Below are positions 28,211 through 43,567 of a DNA stretch of 64,000 bases, piece by piece (the stretch's first letter is position 1; each line of letters opens with the position of its first letter). Both the position numbers and the translations under genes were made by a program. Below the pieces are notes generated by a model. It had not been told where the DNA came from, did not search any database, and saw only the letters and a list, made by a program, of their open reading frames with translations. Source of the stretch: the human T2T-CHM13v2.0 reference genome, Homo sapiens. The stretch lies in assembly GCF_009914755.1 (NCBI RefSeq), contig NC_060926.1, one strand, 5' to 3'.

Positions 28211-30652
28211 AGTGGTGATAAACTCTGATACAATAATCAAGAATATGTTTTATAACAATACTAAGTAAATTTAGAAATGCATTTTACTGCGATATAAAAT
28301 CCTTAACTTTTCTCCTCCACTGACATTATGTATGATTTTGTTATTAATTTACAAGCACCTAAAAATTCTTTTACATAAGGTTTATATTAATTTTGTGAGG
28401 AAAATAAAAGGTCGGTTTTCTATTTGCATTGTGCTAATTCAGACTGCACTTGGTTCTTCATGCACACTGGTATAAGCGAAGTTTAGACAAATTATTGTAA
28501 AAACTGATAAACATATAGACCATTATATTGTTATTTTTAAAAGCACAAGAAACTAAAAGATCACAAGGAGATTACAGCAAATGAATCTTCATATTCATTA
28601 CCTCAATGAAATTAATTTAACACTAGTTTCAATGTCTTTTTTTTCCAAAAGACTAATTTTCAAGTGAAACCTTTAGATCTTTGAAAGTAATAGAAGTAAA
28701 GATAAAGATAGAAAAGATACATAATTCATTTCAGTAGTTTTCTGAGAAATACCACATTTTCCAAAATATATATATTCTTATAAGAAATGGATTCTCTTTA
28801 GGCTACTAGAATATCAATCTTCTACAATAGGCCAATTTTCAAAGCACTAGGCCTATGTTCACTCAACCAGTCTCATGAAGCAAAAACTGAATTAAGATAT
28901 TCCATTTATTTTATTCCACGTATTTATCAAGCAAAGAAACTGTGGAACAAAGACTCTTTCTTGCTGAAGTTGCTGGGATTTCCATGGTGCTTAATGTGTA
29001 TTTTTTTAAATTGTGAGATCAAAGAACACAAATCTTCAGCCATTGTATATGTTACCTGGGTAAAAAAATTAAACTTGATCTTTTCAAATATCTAATGGAA
29101 TCCCAGGCATAGTGATTATTAAAATATAAAGTTAAATATTTAAGAGAAAATTAATCACTAATAATGAAATGAGTTGATTTTCTAAGAAAAGCAAGTATGT
29201 AATTAAGGAATCATTAGCAGACACTCTCAAAACCATTACAACATTTAAAAGCAATCAACATTACAACTCTTAGGGTGTGTTTTAAATTCCTCATAACCTA
29301 AACATATACATTCACTAATTATTCACTTGCCATGATCAACAATGAAAGATGAGTTAGAAAAACCAGAGGTTTTAATTCTAAAATAACAATCTTTGGCACT
29401 GCAGCAAGGAAATAACTAGCTGGTGAAATTAATGACTCCACCTGGCTTTATCTTGGTAATGTTCTGAAATACATGCAATGAACAACTTGACATTGTTTGA
29501 TGTTCTTAATTCTTTACAGCCATCTCTATGGGTGGTCATAATAGATAAGATCAATCAGAAATGATCATATTATGAAATGTAAATCACTTCACATGACTTA
29601 TCTGGAAAATGTCCTTGTACTTTACTTGCACCATCTCAAGTTCCAAGAGCCAAAAACATATACATGCTCATGGAGGAGAATTTCCTTTCTGATTTTAGAA
29701 CAGTCTGAAATGGAGTGAAAAAATGAAAAAGAAGGGGGAGCTTACAAATAACAAAAATGTATATCCCAAGTGAAAATTAGAATGTCTATGGAACTAGTAG
29801 CAGTAACAACAGTAGACGAAAGATAGGCTGTAGATGTGAAGAAGATGTCTACAAGGGAAGCACAAGACTCCAAATGCTCTTGCTACTAAAACGCAGATTC
29901 AAGCTTTACCATCTGTAATACTCTGCTGCCAAGTACATCTATGGCCACTGCTACTATCTAAAATGAGGATATATATTAAGAAATCATCAAAAAGGACTGC
30001 ATAGCAGAAACTTTTCTGATATCAAGGGATCAACTTAACTACAATTATATGCAAGTGCCAATTTCCTCTGGAGTAAACTACCACACGGGGCCTCATGTAC
30101 CAGTTAGATAATCCAAGTCAGCCTTTATTGCATTGGACTCTACATTTTGGCTCTGCAGAACTGAGACAAGAAATGTATGAATAGGATAGTGATATTGCCT
30201 TTGTCTATGGGAATTCTTGAGTCTAATAAAAAAAACTGGGAAAAATCTAACTTCATGATTACACTTGGGCACATAGGTGATTAATACGAATGAAGTAACA
30301 ACCATAAATACAATCATAACCACAAGAACAACAGTAATTCAAATTTTCTCACTTCATAGATGTTCTTAGAATGCTTTATTGGTATCTTGTAGGTGCTCTC
30401 CCCAAGCCTCAGGTGTTCTTCCATAATCTCAGTTGATGCAGAGGCAAACACCACACTCTCCTCTGTTCAATGTCTGCCATTCCTGTCTTTTTGGCCTCTG
30501 ACTCTTCCCTATACTACTGTCCATGCACTTGAGATCTTCACTGACATAGCTGGGCTCTGTATTTATTGATAAGAATATCTCTTTTCTCTTAGACTAGGCA
30601 TGACCAAAAGGTTAATCTGGGTTCAAAGATTAATGACAACGACCACTCACTT

Positions 30653-30945
30653 TTTATTCAAGATCAATTTTATTTGTTGTAAAAACAAACATGGGTTATG
30701 TTCCAGACAAACAGATATAAGTGAGTAGACTTATGCCCTGGTGCCTCCTTGGCTCTTCACAGGATGCAAAAACAAATCCTGCCAGCAGGAGGTGGCAGAT
30801 TGCAGAGGTGGCTGGTTGCTCTTTCAGCCAGCTTGGCCTTGTCTGGCATGCACAGGTCCCAGCACAGCAAAACATTCAGGGAGTTAGAGTGTTGCACAAA
30901 GGATTTTACCAACCTCTCACATTAAGCAGCATTCAAGGATTTGCT
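30653..30945 (-). other. Short retroposed RNA fragment of unidentified source
   Basis: Near-TSD gaccac(t)cactt at 30641-30652 and 30946-30956; T-rich end with reverse AATAAA; 60-bp match to 63861-63921. Confidence 0.55.
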
Positions 30946-32483
30946 GACCACCACTTATGCAAATTTTGTGTTATGCTATAGCAATGAACTTACTTGTTCT
31001 ATTTCTAAACAAAACATTGGGTTCACACACAGGCCTGGACAAAGCTTCCCACTTCTGAACTATTTACTGATCTTCTTATTCTCAAAGAATGCAAGATGAA
31101 TGATGTGCAATACCATGGCTATGGCATGTGACTTTTCTTGACCTGGATGGTTAGTGTCCCAATATTTAACTGATTTTTGTGGGGGTGAAAATATGCCATA
31201 AGTTCTTCCTTCTATCATCCCCATCACTACCATACATGTAATGACATAATCATGTCACAGTGTGCCCTCAGAATCACTATTCCTAGCTGAGTATACTAAG
31301 GCTTTCTATCTAGGTCAGTTCATTGTGTCTGTGTCTCCTCTAAACCCTCCTTCATCATGCCTACCTTGAGGAATTCAGCAAGTGATCATTCACGCAAGCT
31401 AAAGGATTTTAGCTTTCTCTGCCATAAAGATTATTGCTAAAATACATACCATACAACAAACCAACCCATTTCCCACAAATCTTACTGTCTGACTTCTCAC
31501 AGAATACATAATGACTTTTATTGTGTCTCTTCCTTCTGTGTTTCTCTTTCCTAACTGAACTTTGTTCTTTATCCATGCCTTCTTCCAATCCTGACATATT
31601 TTAAAACCTTTAGCATTTCTGCCTATAATATTTGAGTTTTCTTCTTTTCCTATCTTTATTTGATAAGTCCCGTACAAATATTTTCCCCATAATCACAATG
31701 TTTTCTTTTCACTTTGCTCAAGAACTGAGTTATGAGCTCCAAATTTGGACAAACTCTACATTGGCTAAGTTTTAGTCATTTGCACTGCTAAGAAAGATGA
31801 CAATTCAGCATGCTGAAGATGACTTCCTCCCTTATAAAGGGGCTAACACAGAGGGCAATACTGTTCATGCTTCTGATTCTTGATCACAAGAATTGCTTTA
31901 GGCAATTACAATCATGTCTCCCCTGACACAACATATTAGTCAAGTGAGACAGAGAAAGAAGATGTCCTATGTCACACAGCTGGGTGGTGACAGCCGCTTT
32001 AGCATCAGCACACTGCGTTCCCTCTGATTTCTTCATTCATCTCTAAGTAGCAGTAAATCCGGTCTTGAATACTGACTTTGACACTCAGCTTTCTCCACAT
32101 CCTTCCTGTCACTTCCTTTGAGACTACTTCAGATTCTTCCCTGAGCTTCTATTTCTCCATTTGTAAAATTGGGTTGATGAGGGTATCTTCCTTCGGTAGC
32201 TGTGACAATAAAAATGGGATCATCACGCATCCTCCTTAGCCCCACGAGTAAGCTCCCAGTAAGTGAGGTTGTCATCATTACTGGATATTTAAGATTCTCT
32301 ACCTATTTGAAAAACCCTAGTGACAGCGTCTCAGTTGGTTTTCTTTTTGTGTGAATGATCACTTGCTGAATTCATCAAGCAGGCGCTTTAACATTTACCT
32401 TCCTTTATTATGCTGGAGTATTTTTAATGTAGGAGGCTTCTGTGGCTTCTCACTATGACTGCTTTGTTTGTTCAAAACTTACA

Positions 32484-32850
32484 CAGATTGAGTATCCTTT
32501 ATCTGAAATGCTTGGGTCAGAAGTGTGTTGGGTTTCAACTGTTTTCAGATTTTGGAATATTTGCTTCAATGCAATGAGGTATCTTGGGAATGGGACCCAT
32601 GTCTAAACACAAAATTCACTTACATTTCATACACACTTAGCCACATACACATAACCTGAAGGTAATCTTATACAATATTTTAAATAATTTTATGCATGAA
32701 ACAAAGTTTTGAATGTGTTTTGACTGTGACCCATCACATGAGGTAAGATGTGTGGAATTTTCCACTTGTGGCATCATGTCAGCACTCAAAACTTTTTGGA
32801 TTTTGGAGAATTTCAGATTTTGGATTTTCAGAGTAGGTGTGTTCAATCTG
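32484..32850 (+). mobile_element. Tigger4/Zombi-type DNA transposon
   Basis: Terminal inverted repeats cagattga... and ...tcaatctg followed by TA; ttcagattttgga motifs. Confidence 0.8.
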
Positions 32851-34049
32851 TATATATGGGTCAGATTCAGCTGTCTCCTTTAATCTTTGGCTGAAGGAAG
32901 CCCTAAAGACTTTGGGGCCTCAATCTCCCATATGCAGTGACATTCTCAAGGCCATTGACTCAGCTTCTCACCTGGGTTTCCTTCCAATGAGCCACAGATA
33001 GAAGTCACAGATAATGGCAGGGGCCTGCTGGCTGATGGCATTCCAGTACTGGGTTGTGAAGTTGCTTGTGGTGAAATCAGCATATGGCCTCCTCAAAGCT
33101 CTCGCAAATGGAGTTGGAATTTCAGAGGTTGCCAAGACCTGGAATCCTGGGGAAAAAAAGAGAGTAAGTGATAGAGGAGAATAGGAGAATATAAGCCCAT
33201 CACACTGGAAGGTATTTATAATGGGTCACAACAATAAAGATGAAGGATTTGCTGTGTAGAGTCAAGAATCAATTTCTGAGAACAACGTAAAGATTTTTAT
33301 GCTAGGCAAGTGGTTATCTGCAAAATGAAACAATGTGAATGGGTTAAGAATTGGACCCTTTATTTGAAACACCTACTCTAAAACAAATTCTTGGGGAAAC
33401 ACATGTAGTCAACAAAAGGGGGTACTCTTCAGAAAAACATAAATCCACATTTAATTCTAAGGTTACCTAGTCTATTCTGAAAGCCCCAAGACACAGGCTA
33501 GAAACTTTATTTCCTTGGCTGGACCATTACTTTCAGAACCATTTAGAAAGTTTCTTAATGTTTTATTTGAATCTTTATTAAAAGTTTAACTTAAAAATTC
33601 TAAAGGCAAGATTTTCTTGTGTTAGCTTACTTTAAATATTTCTCTGGGAATATGTCAGACTCAGTTGTCCACTCTGGTATCCAGGGTTTTATTCATAATA
33701 GTGTTTTTCTTTTTATATTAATACTTAGATTAAGCTTAATTAAGAACTTTTTATGTACATTTGTGAATTCAGTAGTTCTTTTGAAAAGATACTCATTTGA
33801 ATTCAATTTTATTTAAGGTATGTAGGTTTTTGCAAAGCATATGCCTAAGCTCATTATTCAATTATGATGTCAGTTATTATAGTAATACGATTATTGCCCT
33901 ACTTAAAAAAATGCCAGCTAAAAATCTATCTGAAAAATATAACTCCTCTTCAGAGAAGATTCTTAAGAATCATCTGTTCCATAGGGATTTATACTTTAAA
34001 AAGATGGTGGTAAATAAAAAAGTTATGTACAGGTTGATAGCATAAGAGA

Positions 34050-35070
34050 TTCTGATCTCAACACTGATGTTCTGATCTATATATCCATATACTTGTTCAA
34101 CATTTCCACCTGGAGGTGTAAGAGACATTCACATTTAACAGCTCTAAAATGGGCCTCCTGATACACCCACTGCTAACCACCCCCCTCCCAATACATACAC
34201 AAACTTGCTATTTCACCAGTCTTCTACCTCTAACCAAATGCTAATTCAATTTGTTTAGTAGTTCAGCCAAAAACTTTGGGGTTATCCTTGATTCTTCTCT
34301 CTCTTTAACAACCCACACACAATTGAACAAAATCTATCAGCTCTCTGTTTGAAAAATACCCAGAATCATAATTTCCACCTGCTATCTCTCTGATCCAAAC
34401 CACTACTGTAGCCTGGAATGTTGCAATACTGTCCTAAGTGGTCTCTGCCACTACCCCTGTAACCCTAGTTGGACCTCCATGTAGCAGCCAGAGGGATTCT
34501 TGTAAAATGTAACTCAGAGTGTATTACAGGAACGTCCCCATTCAGAGCCCTTCAACGGAATCTCTTCTCATTTAGAGGCAAAGCCATGGTCTGCAAGGGC
34601 TTGCACTCTCTGCATCCTCACTCTCTCTGCCCACCACTCTGACTTCACCTCTTACCGCTCTCCCTCTCGGTGCTTCTGCTGCAGCCATACTGGCCTCCTT
34701 GCTGTCCTTGAATATTATTAAAGAACTTCAGCACTTACTGTTTCTTCAACTTGGAATATTTCATCCACGTGTCCCTCTGATTTGCCCTCTCACTTCTTTC
34801 AGGTCTCTACTAAGATGACACCTTATCAGAGAGACTTTCTTTGGCCATCACTTATCAAATAGCAGCCTTCCCACAATACTGTTTACTTCTTTAATCTGTT
34901 TTATTTTTCTGCAATCACTCAACCATATCTGATGTATATTTCTCCTTTCTAAGATTTAAGTACCGTAACAAAATTTTGTCTGTTTTGTTTGAACCTATAC
35001 AGTACCTTGAAAAGTGGCTGACAGGTAATCAGTGCCTAATAAACATTTTTTGACTAAACGAATGAATAAA
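34050..35070 (+). mobile_element. L2a 3' region
   Basis: cagccaaaaactttggggttatccttgattc, gcagccagagggattctt, terminal aatgaataaa. Confidence 0.8.
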
Positions 35071-35829
35071 TATCTCAGCAAAATACACTTACTTTCCTTT
35101 TCCTAAATCTGTATCAATCCTTCCTTTAGTCATTCCAAATATATTTATTCAGCATTTAACACTTGCCAGGCACTGTGGTAGATGCTGAGGTAAAAAAAAA
35201 TTACATATGATATATTCTTTGTCTTTAAAGAACTGGCGATCTGGTGGGAGATGTGGACAATTCATGATTACAATCTTTTGCCTGAGTATTCTGCTAGAGG
35301 CCGGTACAATACGCTCTGGAGGAACACAAAAGAAGCATCTAGCTCTGTCTGGGTGCCCGGAAGGGGAGGGGTGGGGCTGGGTTAGGAAAGGCTTTCTGAG
35401 AAAGCTGTCCATATGGTAATAGCAAGCATTTACTAAAATGTTCACTGTTCTAACCACTGTACTAAGCACTTTATCTCACTACGTTCTCCCAAGAGCTCCC
35501 TAGAATAGAATAATTATTATTCTCACTGACAGATAAAAAAATTCATCTACAGGGAGAAACTGAGAGACTTTTTCCAACTGATACAACTAATAAGTAGTGG
35601 AGTCTACTAAATTGCGGGATGCATACCAGCAAATAACATCTATGTGAGCACGGATTTCTGTTTAGTGATATGTCCTCAGCACCAAGAATAATGTCTATTT
35701 AATAAATACAGGAGTGAGTGAATGAGCTATGATTTGAATCCAAGTCTATTAGATCTCAAAACCCAAGACTTTTAACCATTAAGCTACTGTCTTTCTGATG
35801 TGAGGGACAAGGAGAAACTCATGCACATG

Positions 35830-37697
35830 TAGAAAATGTAATTTGGCAATTGAAAACTGTACTCTACATCCTCAAAGGTCAAAGAAGAAATTCAAATGAA
35901 AAATGTTTAAGGATTAGAGAGTAATGATAACATAAACATCATACAACAAAATGTGTGGGATACAGCCAAAGTGGCATTGAGGGAAGTATAAAGCCATAAA
36001 TGATGTATTAGACAAGCCAAATATTCATGGGCTATATTTCTAAGTTAAAGAGAAGAAAAACATAATCAAAGAAAACAGGAGGAAGGGGAAAAAAGACATA
36101 AGGCAATACATCTATGCAATAGAAAACAAAGCAGCATAATAAAGAGTCAATAGGCTGGGTGCGGCGGCTCATGCCTGTAATCCTAGCACTTTTGCAGGCC
36201 GAGGTGGGTGGATCACCTGAGGTTGGGAGTTCAAGACCAGCCTGACCAACATGGAGAAACCCCATCTCTACTAAAAATACAAAATTAGCCAGGTGTGGTG
36301 GTGCGTGTCTGTAATCCCAGCTACTCTACTCAGGAGGCTGAGGCAGGAGAACTGCTTGAACTCGGGAGGCAAAGGTTGTGGTAAGCCAAGATCATGCCAT
36401 TGTACTCCAGCCTGGGCAACAAGAGCGAGACTCCATCTCCAAAAAAAAAAAAAAGAAAGAAAGAAAGAAAAAAGAAAAAAGTCAATAAAGCCTGAAGAAG
36501 TTGGTTCTTTCAAAAAAAGAAATAAAATAAAACCTTTGAAGACTAGCTGAGAAGAAAAGAGAAGACACACAAATATTATGAATTTAAAAAGAAGCATAAT
36601 TACAGATACAGTTTAGGACAAAAATATGAATATGAAAAAAAGAATGTAAATACATTTTAAAACAGACAAAATCTTAGAAAAAGAGACAAATATAATTTAC
36701 TAAAACTGATTCCAGCAGAAAATGAAGCCCGCAAAATTCTTTAACTATTAAAGACACTGAAGCAATAAAAAATCTTCTCACAAAAAATTATAAATCCAGA
36801 TAATTTAAAGGTGCTTTTCCCAAGTTTTCAAGGAATAGATTACTCCACTATTACACAAGCACTTTCAGAGAATAGAAAAACAAGGGAACTATATGATTAG
36901 CAAACTGAATTAAACAAAATATAAAAAAAGATAACATGGTATGACCAAGTTGGGTTTATCCTAAAAATGGCAGGTGAGTTTAATATTTGAAGTCTTCTGC
37001 TTAAAATTAGCAGCAAGACAACAATACGTACTCTTGCCATTTTTATTCACCATTATAGTAGAAGTTCAACAAGAAGGCTGGGCGCAGTGGCTCACGCCTG
37101 TAATCCCAGCACTTTGAAAGGCCAAGGCAAGTGGATCATGAGATCAGGAGATCGAGACCATCCTGGCTAACACGGTGAAACCCTGTCTCTACTAAAAATA
37201 CAAAAATTAGCCAGGCATGGTGGTGGGTGCCTCTAGTCCCAGCTACTCGGGAGGCTGAGGCAGGAGAATGGAGTGAACCCAGGAGGCAGAGCTTGCAGTG
37301 AGCTGAGATGGTGCCATCAACAAGAAAAATAAAGACCTAAAGCTTGAAAAAATGGGGATAATACTGGTATTTTTGCAGATTAAATAACTGTCTACATAGG
37401 AAATCATGAGGAAATATTATACAATTTCTAGCAATAATAAGTTTAGCAAGATAGGGGAATATATGGTCAATATACAACAATCAATTGCATTTGACATCAT
37501 CCACAAACAATTAGAAAATATATTTTTACAAAACACATTTAAATTAGTAAAAAAACAAACAAACAAAAAGCATCAATTACCTAGGCCCTAGGTATAAATC
37601 TGATAAAAGATGCTTAAGACCTGTATGCAGGAGATCAAAAACTCTTCTTAAGGGACACTAAAGGAGACAATTCCATGGAGAGATAGCCCATGTTCAC
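35830..37697 (+). mobile_element. Old L1M fragments containing two Alus (36152-36480 AluS; 37076-37316 truncated AluY-like)
   Basis: tgtgggatacagccaaag, atgaccaagttgggtttatc, tttgcagat motifs. Confidence 0.7.
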
Positions 37698-40600
37698 CCA
37701 CTCAGCTGTCTATCACTCCTTGTAATATCACCTGAGACTATATATGCTCAACCTCCTGTTAACATGGCTACTGCTCCCAGTAGGCAGCATTTTTATCCCT
37801 CCTAAGAGTCCCAGATAGGAAACACCAATGAGTTTAATTTGAATGCGACATCAAATTAATAGTAATAGCTTCCAGAAATGCTGTTAGAAGGGAATCTAGA
37901 ACAGAGCCTTGGCACAGGGATAACCAATGTCTTATCAGCCCACAGTGTTTGCTATAGGTGTGAGAGAGGTAGAGGAAACAGGCATGCCAGGCATTTTTCA
38001 TTCCTGGAAAGCATTTTCCAATTCAAAGTCACAATATATAAATGAGCCACAGTGTCTAGCTGCCCTGCAATAGAACTTTCAGTGCGGTACCATGGCTTAT
38101 CATTGGAATATGAAGAGCTAGTGGTACCTATGTAACAGGGATAGAAGGGGTGCGTTAGTTAGTAGGTACTAAGTAATCCTACAGAATAGCAAAACTCCCT
38201 ACTTTTATCTTCTACCATCATTAGATGTTTAAGTTGTACTCAAATTGATTTCCATGGTTTTTGTACATTGACCAGATTAAATCCCTTACATTCAGACAAA
38301 TTAATCATTTGTATAGTACAGGGTTTCTCAAAGAGCATTTCCCCAAGCATCAAGAATCATTTAGATGCTTATTAAAAATATAGTTTCCTCAGCATCACCC
38401 AAGACCTTGGTCCCAGGGTCCAAGGAATCTGCGTGTTGTTTTTATTTTCCCATAGTGATTCCTATTCACTTTTACAAATCACTAGTAGAGTAGTTAACAC
38501 ACACCCAAGAGAAACAAGTTGCATAAATTAGTGATCAGTATTACACACTCAATAAGGAAGGAATAACATCACCCGACTTTTCTAAATCTCATTGGTCATT
38601 GATCACATTGCATTCTCAGTGACATATCAAGAAGGGAAGGGGTGTGTATAGGACCCACTGCCCCAGCAGGGAGGAGTATTTCAGTATTTTATCACTGAGA
38701 TTTTTTATAACTATCAACTTTTGCTTTATTTCATCATTGTTTTTTAAAATCTCCATAGCCAATGGACCCCCTACTGCTTACAATCACGTATGTGTTCCCA
38801 ATGACTGCTTTCCTTGGTAACCACAGTACATTCTAGTTAACTACCACACATTTACAATTTCTCATTATTTTGCCTCTTTGCTTACTTTTTGTCTTTCTCC
38901 CCATGTAGGCTCTAAGCTCCATGACACACTGTCTATTTTTTCTCTGTGTCAGACACTAGTAATTATGCAGTTACATGGCTAAAGTACTTACACATTTTGC
39001 TCCGGTTGCAGGGATTGAGGTTACCAGACGTACAGTGGTAGACTAACATTGACTTAGGTCTGGAAAATGAAATAAAAATTAAATAAATACAACAGAATGG
39101 GAAACTAATGAAGGAAAAATAAGGGAAAATAATATTTAGACAGAGTGGCTTCAATAATTCATCTGATTAACGCAACCTATGCAAGAAGGCTTCCATATTT
39201 TTTTCTTTCTTTGGGTTAATAAGCAAAATGGAAGAAGACTAGCAAAAGGGTATGTGTGGGGGGGATGACTGTGTGTGTGAAAGAGATGTTAAATAGGAGT
39301 GACATATTATGAAGCACATATGTGTGAGTTCACATAAGAAAAGTTTAATTCTGTTTACCACTTACTAACACAGCCAAGTGTATGAACAACCTGTTTTTTT
39401 TTCCTTTGTACCAGGAAACTTCCCCACACATAGTGATTGAACACTTTTGGCATTAATCAGAGTTCAATTAAAAAAATACTCTGTCATTTCATCCACTTCT
39501 ATCTCCTTTGCCCTAAAAAAGAAAGCTGAATGTTAAACTACTGAATAGAAAGAAAAGCCTTTTGGTTATCAAGAATTGTATGGTTAAGTGATTTAAATGT
39601 TTTATTACTTTGTGAGTAGCCAAATACTAAACTGTATTTTGAAAACAACTGAATGTATATATGATGGCATATTAGGAACTCTATAAAACACTGAAACAAA
39701 CACCCTCTCACATTTGGGGTCTTGTACAATGAAATGCCTATATTTGGAAAATGTGCCTAATACATTACCCCTCCCTCTCATGACATCTTTGAAAGCCCAC
39801 TTGAGCATCCACACCTGTGAACTGCAGCACACCATCCTACAGCTAGTGGGAGACTGACGGCTGTATCACCTGGAATTGGAATTAAGTCTCCCACAGCCAT
39901 TGGAGTAGCTTTTATGGACAGAAGAAACCCTTTCCCAGCCTGCACAGAAAAAGAACATAAAATGTGAAACCAGGTCTTAAGTAACAGCTGGGGCTGAAGT
40001 ATGTACCATCAAACTGATTATACTAGTGCAATAAGTGAAAACAGCTAACATCGATCCACTGCTTACCAGGTTCCCACACTAAGTCTGACTTCGTCAGCCT
40101 ATCCTAGCTTCCCAGCCAAGCGCATCTTCAGCATTTTCTTGAACTACTCGTGTTCCTCACGTTCCTTTAGGGAATAAAATTCCTCATATTTGTGAGAGAT
40201 TAATAAACTTAATTACCAAACACCAAGAATAAACCTTCATATTTTAAAAATTAACTCATAAGACACGTTAAGAATTAAGATTACATAAATTTCCCATTAA
40301 TGTTTGTTTTCCATTTCCTTAATGATTTTGTTTTCTGCTAGGGTTTACTAACCTACAAGCAATAGTAGGCAGTAAAAGTTTAAGAAAGTTTTATTTGAAA
40401 AAAAATTAATTGGTGAAATTCCACAACTAATGACAAAAACTTTTTTGGCTTAGAAAAATGGCCTTATTATTTACTTTTTCTTCAGAATCTCATTTCACCT
40501 CACAGATCACTGATGTTATATAGATACAAGAGTTTGGAATTATTTATGTTAATAATTTGTTGAGTTTATGAAATTCATTCTTTCTGCTTTGCATGTTTCC

Positions 40601-41202
40601 CACTTTAATTTGAAATGATTAGCACTTTCTTATGTTACTCAGTTCTCTTTTCTTATAACTAGCTCCCCTTCTTTTGGACATAAGAAACCAATTTAGAACA
40701 TTTTTTAAAATGTGAATAAATATGCAGCTTTGCATATAATGAAAACCGCTTTGGGATCACGTTAAAATAATGATGTTCTAAGTCATCAAACGTTCACCCC
40801 AACTGAACTTTTTTAGGAGAAAGAGTTGAAGGCAGGTGGGAAGCAGAAAGAAAGGGGCTGCTAGAAAAATCCGGAATTCGAAGGAAGGTCTTTGTCACTA
40901 CCATAATTCATTGTCTCATATTTCTATTTGAATTCATGTTGAACCCAGCTCTGGGAGGAATAGAGACAGAGTCTGAAGGGCAGTCTGAATCCCTAATAAG
41001 ATTTAAACTCATTTAGATCACTGATTTCCCATTCATTGTACAAAAGAGTAAAGTGGGGTTTAGGCCCTGAATGCCTCAGTGTGAGCTGTGAACCCCACAG
41101 CTCTGCCGGATCAATGTGGACTTCAGGGAGATGCGCACTGAGGGCTGCTCACCTAGAGGAGCCACGTTTCTCCTTGTAAGACATTATTGAAAAGGCGTTG
41201 CC

Positions 41203-41278
41203 GGCACATGTCGACCTATGTAACAAACCTGCACGTTGTGCACATGTACCCTAGAACTTAAAATAGAATAATAAAAAA
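41203..41278 (+). mobile_element. 76-bp L1PA 3'-terminal insertion
   Basis: taacaaacctgcacgttgtgcacatgtaccctagaacttaaa; TSD gaaaaggc(g/c)ttgcc at 41189-41202 and 41279-41292. Confidence 0.85.
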
Positions 41279-41547
41279 GAAAAGGCCTTGCCTATATTCA
41301 CTGATGTTTGTATTTGAAAAATTTGCCCCAATATTGGTAGTTCTTTCTTGTATTCATTAAGAATTATTGATGTATACCTGCTTTCCATACACACACATAA
41401 ACTCTTCTATGTGTTTTATAATAACGAATTTAATAATCTTTGAAGATATTTTTACTGCATCCTCAATTCACTGCACTAATTCATGCAATTATAAACTGCA
41501 GGAAGGAGGAAATACCCCCATCTTGCGATAAATAAAGCAAAATCCTT

Positions 41548-43567
<2,020 letters not shown>

